Shown here: one piece after another, positions 18,911-31,413 of the stretch
How the letters are laid out: each line of letters begins with the position of its first letter
How positions within the stretch are numbered: the first letter of the stretch is position 1
DNA from: Deltaproteobacteria bacterium
GTDB lineage: Bacteria > Desulfobacterota > Deferrisomatia > Deferrisomatales > BM512
Length of the DNA: 64,000 bases
Direction of reading: 5' to 3'
Assembly: GCA_002869015.1 (NCBI GenBank)
Contig: PKTT01000007.1
Span: forward strand, 558 to 64,557
The notes under the pieces: model-generated
Told to the model about the DNA's origin: nothing
What the model saw: the letters and a program-made list of their open reading frames with translations, nothing else
The model's database searches: none
Position numbers and translations under genes: made by a program

Positions 18911-20173
18911 ATGGACCGCACAAGTGGTCTCTTTAGCGCAAAAGCCGAGACCCTCTCCAGGGATGAGCAGCGCGCAATTTTCGAAAAGAAGACACTCGCC
19001 CTTATAGGCCATGCCTATGAGAACGCACCCGCAGTAAGGGCGCTCTTTGAGAGAGAGGGCTTAACTCCGGCAGATATATCCTCACTGGAGGATCTGCCGA
19101 AAATTCCCGTTACACCTAAAGCGGCTCTGGTAAGGATGCAGGAGGAAAATCCACCCTTCGGCGGATTGCTTGCAGTACCTCTTGAGAGTGTTCAACGTGT
19201 ATTCCAATCGCCCGGTCCAATTAACGACCCACAGGGCAAGGGCGAGGGATGGGGTTGGGAGGAAGCTCTCTTTGCCTGCGGCTTTAGGCCTGGCGACATC
19301 TCCGTCAACACTTTCTCCTACCACATGACTCCTGCAGGGATAATGTTTGACGATTCACTCATACGTATTGGGTGTCCAGTCGTACCCACAGGAATCGGAG
19401 ACCGCGAAGCGCAGATCAATATTTTGAAAAACCTCGGAGTCTCCGGGTATGTGGGTATGGCCTCCTTCCTCCTCCAAATAGGGGAAAAAGCCATTGAGAT
19501 GGGCCTTGACCCTAAAAAAGACCTCTCCTTAAAGGCAGCATTTACAACCGCCGAGCCCCTCCCTGACTCCTTGAGAGATGCCGTTGAAAATATGTTCGGA
19601 CTGATCTTAAGGCAGGGATACGGAACCGCCGACTGTGGTTGTCTTGCCTATGAGTGTTACCACAGGGGCGGCATGCACCTCACGACACGCGCCTACGTGG
19701 AGATAGTTGACCCGCAAACCGGTATGCCCATGGAGTCAGGTGAGGTCGGTGAGGTGGTGGTCACCGTATTCAACGAAGCGTATCCACTAATTCGCTTCGG
19801 CACAGGAGATCTCTCAGCGATTGATGAGGGCCACTGCCAATGCGGCCGTACTAGTCCAAAGCTGCGCGGGTGGCTTGGGAGAGCCGATACAATGGTTAAA
19901 GTTAAAGGTATGTTCGTGCACCCCGGGCAGATACAAAAGGTTATGTCCGACTTCACAGGATACGCGGCATACCGCGCAGTGGTAGAGAGAACAAACAACC
20001 GGGATTCAATAACCCTCCTGATATCGGGTGGCAACCAAAGCTCTGAGGCAAAGGAAGCAATTGAAGAGGCTATAAGGAAGGTGTTACGTATTGGCGGCGC
20101 TGTCTCATTCGTTGCTGAAGGGACCCTCCCGGCTGACGGGCAAATACTTGAGGACAAGCGTACCTGGGAGTAA
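18911..20173 (+). CDS. phenylacetate-CoA ligase (PaaK) / coenzyme F390 synthetase family adenylating enzyme
   Basis: About 420 aa, the family-typical length. Recognised from overall resemblance of the translation to PaaK/F390-synthetase-type ligases rather than from a single diagnostic motif. The start is moved to the ATG at 18911, 5 nt after AGGAGG. Confidence 0.75.
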   Translation: MDRTSGLFSAKAETLSRDEQRAIFEKKTLALIGHAYENAPAVRALFEREGLTPADISSLEDLPKIPVTPKAALVRMQEENPPFGGLLAVPLESVQRVFQSPGPINDPQGKGEGWGWEEALFACGFRPGDISVNTFSYHMTPAGIMFDDSLIRIGCPVVPTGIGDREAQINILKNLGVSGYVGMASFLLQIGEKAIEMGLDPKKDLSLKAAFTTAEPLPDSLRDAVENMFGLILRQGYGTADCGCLAYECYHRGGMHLTTRAYVEIVDPQTGMPMESGEVGEVVVTVFNEAYPLIRFGTGDLSAIDEGHCQCGRTSPKLRGWLGRADTMVKVKGMFVHPGQIQKVMSDFTGYAAYRAVVERTNNRDSITLLISGGNQSSEAKEAIEEAIRKVLRIGGAVSFVAEGTLPADGQILEDKRTWE

Positions 20174-20206
20174 CAATTAGCACCTCACACCCCATAAATG
20201 ACCGAC

Positions 20207-20241
20207 GCGCCCCCCGGCACCTCTTCAGGGGGCGCTTTTTA
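20207..20241 (+). terminator. rho-independent terminator ending the ABC/ligase operon
   Basis: GCGCCCCC / 13-nt loop / GGGGGCGC, followed by TTTTTATT. Confidence 0.6.
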
Positions 20242-20414
20242 TTACCGATATGTAATAACATCTTGTTTTAATTAGCTTTTTTCTATTTATCCTCCCTTAA
20301 TCACTTTCAGTATAATTAAAACAATACAAACAAAATTTGACTACCACCATACTGATCCGTCAAAATTCACTCTTGCTTTAATGCATTTTTAAGCATGCCA
20401 TCGGGAGGTGGAGA

Positions 20415-20873
20415 ATGTTAGGTAAGCTGGCCGCCGTGGACAAAATAATTGAGGCGCACGGCTCCGAAAGAGAGGGGCTAATACAGATACTCCTCGACAT
20501 TCAAAGGGAGTTCCGCTGGCTCCCCAAAGATATCCTTGAGCATGTCTCCAAGCGGCTAGATGTCCCGATTAATTATATTTACAACTTAACGACCTTTTAT
20601 GCCCACTTCAGCTTGGTCCCAAAAGGACGCCATTCAATGCACGTTTGCATGGGCACCGCCTGCCACGTACGCGGGGCAGAGCGGCTGCTTGAACGCACTT
20701 CAAAGGTTCTTGGCATTAAGCCGGGGCAGACAAGCCGGGACGAGAAATTCAGCCTGGATACGGTGAACTGCCTAGGAGCATGCGCCCTCGGCCCCGTAAT
20801 GATAGCTGACGACGAATACCTCTCCAACCCGACGATGGAGGATATTCGGAGAAAGGCTGACTCCTGTGAGTGA
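20415..20873 (+). CDS. NuoE/HydC-like thioredoxin-fold [2Fe-2S] subunit
   Basis: Four-Cys pattern CMGTAC ... CLGAC, in the 152-aa size class of NuoE/HoxE/HndA. Confidence 0.85.
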   Translation: MLGKLAAVDKIIEAHGSEREGLIQILLDIQREFRWLPKDILEHVSKRLDVPINYIYNLTTFYAHFSLVPKGRHSMHVCMGTACHVRGAERLLERTSKVLGIKPGQTSRDEKFSLDTVNCLGACALGPVMIADDEYLSNPTMEDIRRKADSCE

Positions 20874-22785
20874 GATAGAGAAACTCTTAAACCCCTCCGA
20901 CTTTGAAGCGTTTCAGAAAAAAATAGTTGAAGGCAGAGACCCCAACCGTACAGCTGTTGCGGTTTGCTCCGGGCCTGGCTGCCTCGCGTACGCCAGCGGA
21001 AAGGTCTTCGATCGTTTCAAGGTGGAGCTCTTAGAGTCCGGGTTGGCAGAGGAGGTCACCCTGGCACAGACTGGTTGCCATGGTTTTTGCGAGCGCGGCC
21101 CCTCGGTTGTCATCCTGCCCGATGAGATATGCTACTTACGGGTAAGCCCGGATGATGTCAAAGAGATCATTGAAACAACACTCAGAGGTGGCGGCATAGT
21201 GGAGCGGCTGCTCTATAAGGGCGAAGATGGGCTGCCGGTACAAAAAGAATCGGACATTCCCTTCTATAAGCACCAGCAAAAAGTGGTTTTTGGCGACAAT
21301 AAGAGGATAGACCCCCGCTCAATTGATGACTATATCGCCAGGGGTGGATACACCGCGCTGGTAAAAGCTATAACCACCATGTCTCCCGAAACAGTCATAG
21401 CTGAAGTCAAGGAATCCGGCCTGAGGGGCAGAGGCGGCGGCGGCTTTCCCGCCGGCGCAAAGTGGGAGGCGACGGCTAAACCACCGGCTGATACACGCTA
21501 CGTCATAGTTAACGCAGATGAGGGGGATCCCGGCGCATATATGGACAGGGGTATCCTTGAGGGCAACCCCCACTCAGTCATTGAAGGGTTGATGATAGGT
21601 GGGTACGCCATTGGCGCCAATGAGGGCTATATCTACGTAAGGCAGGAGTACCCACTGGCAATTGATAACGTCCTCTATGCGCTTGAGGTGCTTCGCGAGA
21701 TAGGGCTACTCGGGGAAAACATTCTTGGCACTGGTTTTAACTTCGACATCATAGTCCACAAGGGCGCCGGCGCCTTTGTCTCTGGAGAATCCAGCGCGCT
21801 CATGTCAGCCATTGAGGGCAGAGTCGGTGAGCCAAGGCCAAAATATATACGCACATCGATCTCCGGGCTGAGGGGAAAACCTAGCTGCCTAAACAACGTT
21901 GAAACCTGGGCCAACGTACCGCTCATAATAAACAAGGGCGCCGACTGGTTTAAATCCATCGGCACGGAGGGCTCCAAGGGGACTAAGATATTCTCCCTTG
22001 TTGGCAACGTAAAGAACACCGGCCTTGTTGAAGTGCCGATGGGGATGACCTTACGCCAGATAATCTTCGATATTGGTGGAGGGATTCGCGACGACAAGGA
22101 GTTCAAGGCGGTCCAGACAGGTGGGCCCTCAGGGGGAGTTATTCCCGAGGATATGCTCGACCTACACGTCGATTACGACGAACTCTACGCAGCGGGCTCG
22201 ATGATGGGCTCCGGTGGCATGATCGTAATGGATAAAGACACCTGCATGGTCAACGTCGCCAAGTATTTCCTTGAATTTCTCTCCGATGAGTCTTGCGGCA
22301 AATGCGTTCCTTGCCGGGATGGTATTGACCAACTTTTGGAGGTTTTGCAACGCTTAACCTCGGGAAATGCGCTAGAGGAAGACCTTGAACTGATTGAGGA
22401 TATTTCCTTAATGATGAAAGAGTGCGCACTCTGCGGGCTGGGTCAATCGGCGCCGAACCCGGTGCTGAGCTCAATCAAATATTTCAAAGATGAATACATC
22501 GCCCACATAGCTGAAAAACGTTGCCCCGGCGGTGTTTGCAAAGCGCTGATCGCTTACACCATCGATAAAGAAAAATGTATCGGTTGTGGTAAATGCATGA
22601 AGGTTTGCCCCGTCGCCGCTATAACCGGCGAGAAGAAGTCGCCCCACAAGATAAATAACGCACTATGCGTAAAGTGCGACAGCTGCTATCAGGAGTGTCC
22701 CGCCAAGGTTCAGGCGGTAACGAAGATTCGCCAGGCGGATGTAATTACCGCCTTCGCCACTTCAGAGGAGGCGGCTAATGAGTGA
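20866..22785 (+). CDS. NuoF/HydB-like NAD(P)H- and FMN-binding subunit with extra Fe-S domains
   Basis: N-terminal 2Fe-2S-like domain (CSGPGC ... CHGFCERGP). FMN motif GRGGGGFPAG and the N3 cluster motif ESCGKCVPCR. Two C-terminal ferredoxin motifs (CIGCGKCMKVCP, CVKCDSCYQECP). GTG start overlapping the upstream stop. Confidence 0.9.
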   Translation: MSEIEKLLNPSDFEAFQKKIVEGRDPNRTAVAVCSGPGCLAYASGKVFDRFKVELLESGLAEEVTLAQTGCHGFCERGPSVVILPDEICYLRVSPDDVKEIIETTLRGGGIVERLLYKGEDGLPVQKESDIPFYKHQQKVVFGDNKRIDPRSIDDYIARGGYTALVKAITTMSPETVIAEVKESGLRGRGGGGFPAGAKWEATAKPPADTRYVIVNADEGDPGAYMDRGILEGNPHSVIEGLMIGGYAIGANEGYIYVRQEYPLAIDNVLYALEVLREIGLLGENILGTGFNFDIIVHKGAGAFVSGESSALMSAIEGRVGEPRPKYIRTSISGLRGKPSCLNNVETWANVPLIINKGADWFKSIGTEGSKGTKIFSLVGNVKNTGLVEVPMGMTLRQIIFDIGGGIRDDKEFKAVQTGGPSGGVIPEDMLDLHVDYDELYAAGSMMGSGGMIVMDKDTCMVNVAKYFLEFLSDESCGKCVPCRDGIDQLLEVLQRLTSGNALEEDLELIEDISLMMKECALCGLGQSAPNPVLSSIKYFKDEYIAHIAEKRCPGGVCKALIAYTIDKEKCIGCGKCMKVCPVAAITGEKKSPHKINNALCVKCDSCYQECPAKVQAVTKIRQADVITAFATSEEAANE

Positions 22786-23446
22786 GATTAAACTTAAGAT
22801 AAACGGTGAAGAGGTAACCGCAGAGCCAGGCACCATGCTGCTCGATGCGGCCCGCAAAGCCGGGGCTGAAATACCCACTCTATGCAATCTTGAGGGCCTT
22901 GAGCCCTTCGGGGCATGCCGACTATGTGTCGTGGAATTAATACGCGGCGGCAGAAGTCGAATAGTGGCATCATGTCTCTATCCTGTAGAGGAAGGGATTG
23001 ACGTACTTACCGAGTCGGAGAAAGTGGTCCGCTATCGCCGCAACATACTTGAGCTGCTCGAAGCGAGATGGCCGCTCATTGACAAAGCCCTTCTAGAGAA
23101 ATACAAAGTTAATACCGGGCGGATGGCGCGCAGGGACAACTTCTGCATCATGTGCGGCATCTGCGTGCGCCACTGCTCAGAACGTAGAAAGTTAAACGTG
23201 CTCGGTTTTGTTGGGCGGGGAATCGAACGTCAGGTCGTAAGTTACACAATGAGGGCCAAGGAATTTTGCCCGGAGTGTTTCGATAAGGAGCTTAGCTGCC
23301 TCAAATTCTGTCCAACAGGGGTGATAGTAAACGATTGCGCCACCAGATGCCCCGCATCAAGAGATGAAGAGGCCTTCGCGAAGCCTATTAGAGTTAGGGA
23401 TGACGACAACGCCATAGCTGTCAAAAAGAGCCTGGGCGACCTTTAA
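22778..23446 (+). CDS. small Fe-S protein, NuoG/HydA N-terminal-like ([2Fe-2S] plus [4Fe-4S]) without a catalytic domain
   Basis: The N-terminal pattern IKLKINGEEV...C-x10-C-x2-C is plant-ferredoxin-like, followed by CIMCGICVRHC. At only 222 aa it has no H-cluster or molybdopterin domain. Confidence 0.75.
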   Translation: MSEIKLKINGEEVTAEPGTMLLDAARKAGAEIPTLCNLEGLEPFGACRLCVVELIRGGRSRIVASCLYPVEEGIDVLTESEKVVRYRRNILELLEARWPLIDKALLEKYKVNTGRMARRDNFCIMCGICVRHCSERRKLNVLGFVGRGIERQVVSYTMRAKEFCPECFDKELSCLKFCPTGVIVNDCATRCPASRDEEAFAKPIRVRDDDNAIAVKKSLGDL

Positions 23447-23475
23447 AGAGAATCAGGGTTAGAGGGTCGCCAGTA

Positions 23476-24831
23476 TTACACTTTAAAGGGGGCTAGGGTA
23501 TCCAGAAGCTCTGACGTCTTCTCATCAAGTAGCGCCTTATCTCCCCTTGCTTCTACATTCAAGCGGATAACCGGCTCTGTATTTGATGAGCGAAGGTTAA
23601 AGCGCCACCTATCAAAGGCGATGGAAATACCGTCCAGCTCATCCACACCTAGCGCATCAATCTCATATTTATCTCTAATTGTACTTATTGCCGACCGTTG
23701 GTCTTTAACGGTGAGGTTTATCTCCCCGCTTACCGGGAACAACCGCTGCCGCTCTTCAACAAATGACGATAAGCTCCGCTCTTCACGACATATTAGCTCC
23801 GTCACCAAAAGCCAGGGTATCATGCCGCTATCACAGTAGGAGAAATCGCGAAAGTAGTGGTGCGCGCTCATCTCACCGCCATATAAGGCGTTGACATCCC
23901 TCATCTTAGCCTTGATAAAAGCATGCCCGGATTTTGAAACGACCGCCTCTCCACCGCTTTTCTCGACAATATCCAGGGTGTTCCAAATAAGCCGTGGGTC
24001 ATGGATTATTGGAGCACCGGGGGTTTTCGAAAGCAGGGCCTCGGCAAAAAGCCCAACCAGGTAATAGCCCTCAATGAAACCCCCTTTTTCGTCGAAGAAA
24101 AAGCAGCGGTCAAAGTCCCCGTCCCAGGCGATTGCGAGGTCAGCTTTCTCCTCCAAAAGCTTAGCCCTTGTAGCTTCCCGGTTCTCTTTTAAAAGAGGGT
24201 TGGGTACGCCATTTGGGAAAGTGCCGTCAGGCTCATGAAATATCTTCACAAATTCAAATGGGAGATGTTTGGCAAGCAGGTCAACTACAGGGCCGGCGCA
24301 TCCATTCCCTGCGTTAACGACTACCTTCAAAGGCTTAAGCGAATCTACATCTATGTAACCGAGGAGGTGTTCAATGTATGCCTCCCGGCTTTCAAGGGGC
24401 TCAACACTACCGCCCCCTTTGGCGGGCGGCATATAATCTACGGCACTTTTTCCTATCTCAAGCAGCCCGGTATCAGCGCTTATCGGTTTTGCAAGCTCTC
24501 GAACGAACTTCATACCATTGTAATCTGCGGGGTTGTGGCTGGCTGTCACCATTACTCCGCCGTCGAGGTCATTATTGAATGTGGCGAAATATAGCTCCTC
24601 CGTCCCGCAGAGGCCTATGTCAAAAACCCGCGCGCCTTCATCGGTCATACCACGGGATAGCGCCTCGACGAAGGTTGGCCCGGAGGGCCTTACATCACGC
24701 CCTATGGCGACACGCTTGCCTCCGATGAAGCGCATGAATGACCTACCTATCTTGTAGGCTAGCTCCTCATCCAGTTCATCGGGGACGCGCCCCCTTACGT
24801 CATAAGCCTTGAAGGCCGTGAGCCGCTCCAT
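23476..24831 (-). CDS. phosphomannomutase/phosphoglucomutase
   Basis: Active-site motif TASHNPADYNGMK and metal loop DGDFDR. The start is moved to the ATG at 24831 (MERLTAFKAYDVRG), which removes the overlap with ugd. Confidence 0.85.
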   Translation of the reverse strand: MERLTAFKAYDVRGRVPDELDEELAYKIGRSFMRFIGGKRVAIGRDVRPSGPTFVEALSRGMTDEGARVFDIGLCGTEELYFATFNNDLDGGVMVTASHNPADYNGMKFVRELAKPISADTGLLEIGKSAVDYMPPAKGGGSVEPLESREAYIEHLLGYIDVDSLKPLKVVVNAGNGCAGPVVDLLAKHLPFEFVKIFHEPDGTFPNGVPNPLLKENREATRAKLLEEKADLAIAWDGDFDRCFFFDEKGGFIEGYYLVGLFAEALLSKTPGAPIIHDPRLIWNTLDIVEKSGGEAVVSKSGHAFIKAKMRDVNALYGGEMSAHHYFRDFSYCDSGMIPWLLVTELICREERSLSSFVEERQRLFPVSGEINLTVKDQRSAISTIRDKYEIDALGVDELDGISIAFDRWRFNLRSSNTEPVIRLNVEARGDKALLDEKTSELLDTLAPFKV

Positions 24832-24851
24832 AAAAATCTCCCTGCTTGAAG

Positions 24852-29024
<4,173 letters not shown>

Positions 29025-29028
29025 CTTG

Positions 29029-30408
29029 TCAGCCCTCTCTCTTCACGGGACGCTTCCATCCCGGAATATTTCTCTGCTTGGCGCGGCTAACTCCCAGCGC
29101 CCCTGCTTCAACTTTGCTTGTTATAATGGAACCGGCGCCAACCGTCGCTCCATCTCCAATCTCTACCGGAGCAACGAGGCTTGAGTTTGAGCCAATAAAC
29201 GCGCCTTGCCCTATATTTGTTTTAAATTTATTAAAACCATCATAGTTGCAAGTGATTGTACCGGCACCGATATTGGTTCCCTCTCCAATCTCGGAATCTC
29301 CAAGGTAAGAAAGATGACTGGCCTTTACGCCTTTGTGAAGGATGGAGTTCTTAACCTCTACAAAATTTCCAACCCTCGCCTCTTCACCAACCCTTGCCCC
29401 CGGCCTAAGGTGTGCAAATGGACCAATTTTGGCTGATGGTGAGACGGCTGCCTCTAGAATAACAGAGTATGGTTTTATCTCAGCCGCCTCTCCTATGGCG
29501 GAGTCGGTTATCACTGAACCCTGGCCGATGGTTGCACCCTCCCCTATTTTAGTTGCACCACAGAGCTTCACGTTGGAGCCAATCGTAACGTCAGGGGCAA
29601 TAGTGACCATAGGCTCCACCCAAGCAGAGGATGGATCTTCAAAGGTTACGCCGCTTAACATTAACTCTCCATTTATCCGCTCCCTCATCAGCATTTGAGC
29701 GCGGGCAAGCTGCACCCTATCATTTACTCCCATAGCCTCATCATTATCTTTAAGCTTTATTGCCCCGGCGCCTCCCTCTTTCGCGGCGATTCCAATTATA
29801 TCTGTCAGGTAATATTCACCCTGCTCATTGTCCCGGCCGATACGCTCAAGAGCATCCCAAAGCCAGGGGAGGTCAACCGCGTAAGTCCCGGTATTTACCT
29901 CTGTTAATTCACGCTCTTTTTCGTTTGCGTCACGCTCCTCTACAACGCCTACGAGGCTACCGTTTTCATAGATCAGGCGGCCATAACCTGTTGGGTCATC
30001 AGGAACCATAGACAGGAGGGTAACTCTGCGGCTAGAGCTTTGGTGCGCCTCTAAAAGCGCTGAGAGAGTGTCCGGGCGAATTAAAGGAACATCACCTGAT
30101 AGTATGAGGGCAACGCCAGCCGCCGACCCGACCAGCTCCTTCGCCGATAGCACAGCATGTGCCGTGCCAAGCTGTTCACTTTGCGTTGCGAAACTAAGGG
30201 CTGCCCCTTCAAATGCAGCCTTCACATCATCTCCACCATGACCTACAACAGCCACCACTTCGTCAACTCCGGCACCTCTGGAAGCATCCATCGGATAGGA
30301 GAGCAGGGGCCTGCCGAGCAACGGATGGAGCACCTTGGTAAGCCTTGAACGCATCCTTGTGCCCTTACCGGCGGCGAGGATTATGGCGACTCTTTTTTTA
30401 ATCATCAA
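29029..30408 (-). CDS. glmU: bifunctional GlcNAc-1-P uridyltransferase / GlcN-1-P acetyltransferase
   Basis: N-terminal LAAGKGTRM motif and a C-terminal left-handed beta-helix of hexapeptide repeats. Length is 459 aa. Confidence 0.95.
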   Translation of the reverse strand: MMIKKRVAIILAAGKGTRMRSRLTKVLHPLLGRPLLSYPMDASRGAGVDEVVAVVGHGGDDVKAAFEGAALSFATQSEQLGTAHAVLSAKELVGSAAGVALILSGDVPLIRPDTLSALLEAHQSSSRRVTLLSMVPDDPTGYGRLIYENGSLVGVVEERDANEKERELTEVNTGTYAVDLPWLWDALERIGRDNEQGEYYLTDIIGIAAKEGGAGAIKLKDNDEAMGVNDRVQLARAQMLMRERINGELMLSGVTFEDPSSAWVEPMVTIAPDVTIGSNVKLCGATKIGEGATIGQGSVITDSAIGEAAEIKPYSVILEAAVSPSAKIGPFAHLRPGARVGEEARVGNFVEVKNSILHKGVKASHLSYLGDSEIGEGTNIGAGTITCNYDGFNKFKTNIGQGAFIGSNSSLVAPVEIGDGATVGAGSIITSKVEAGALGVSRAKQRNIPGWKRPVKREG

Positions 30409-30673
30409 CTGCTCCCGCTAAGTATTTCTCAAATCGGAGGCGTAGCTGCAAAACGCCGTAAAATCAAAATTTTAAACTGAAAAGGACAAATGTGCAAAGA
30501 GGAAGGCGGCCGGACATTTACCGCCATTAAGAGCTTTTCGGCATAATAAATTGCATCAATTAGCAAACCATATAAAATTGACAAAGGCTCTCAACAAGAG
30601 ATGCTTTGTCTTGGGTAAACGCCCAACTAGCTGTTAGAATGCTGAACTCTTTCAAACATAGCGGACATTTATT

Positions 30674-31402
30674 ATGGATTCTTTACTACCCATCGTAGCT
30701 ATCTCGGTCATAGGACCGATTGTGGGCTCATTCATAGGAGTCATAAGAAGGCCCTCAAGGCGATTTATGTACAATATGCTAAGCTTTGCCGCCGGGGTAA
30801 TGCTGGGCCTCTCCTTCATCTCCATGATCCCTCATGCTGTAAAGCTATCCTCTCCGGAGACCTGCGCCATCGGCATCCTCCTTGGAGGGGTTGTAATGTA
30901 CCTCTTGGACAAGATGATCCCGCACGTACATCCTGAGATGTTCAAAGAGGAGCCGGGAAGTGAATTCAAAAAAACTGCACTCTACTTGATAGTTGGAATA
31001 TTTCTTCACAACTTCCCGGAGGGTATGGCTATAGGCGCAGGTTCGGTGGCAGACAATAAAGTATCGATCATGATCGCCCTTGCAATAGCTATACATAATA
31101 TCCCTGAAGGAATATGCACCTCAGCCCCATATTTCCATGCAACGGGAAAAAGGTGGAAAGCGTTTTTACTTAGCTCTACGACCTCTATTCCCATTCTTGT
31201 CGGCTACCTTGTAGCACACGCCCTCTATAAATCTATCCCCGAAGAGGTAATAGGCCTCATGATCGCCGCCACTGCGGGGATTATGATCTATATCTCCGCA
31301 GACGAACTTATCCCTACGTCGAGCTTTAAGCTCACAAACCACTCAACCATCTTTTCATTAATTCTTGGGGTTATTTTCGTTGTACTGCTCGGCTTGGCTT
31401 AG
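30674..31402 (+). CDS. zupT: ZIP family divalent metal (zinc) transporter
   Basis: HNFPEGMAIG and HNIPEG motifs. Polytopic, 242 aa. Confidence 0.8.
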   Translation: MDSLLPIVAISVIGPIVGSFIGVIRRPSRRFMYNMLSFAAGVMLGLSFISMIPHAVKLSSPETCAIGILLGGVVMYLLDKMIPHVHPEMFKEEPGSEFKKTALYLIVGIFLHNFPEGMAIGAGSVADNKVSIMIALAIAIHNIPEGICTSAPYFHATGKRWKAFLLSSTTSIPILVGYLVAHALYKSIPEEVIGLMIAATAGIMIYISADELIPTSSFKLTNHSTIFSLILGVIFVVLLGLA

Positions 31403-31413
31403 ACCAAGAAAAA

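Noticed and set aside
29025-29028. Looked for a glmS ribozyme upstream of glmS
   Set aside because: Only 4 nt separate glmU and glmS, so there is no room for a ribozyme. glmS is co-transcribed with glmU.
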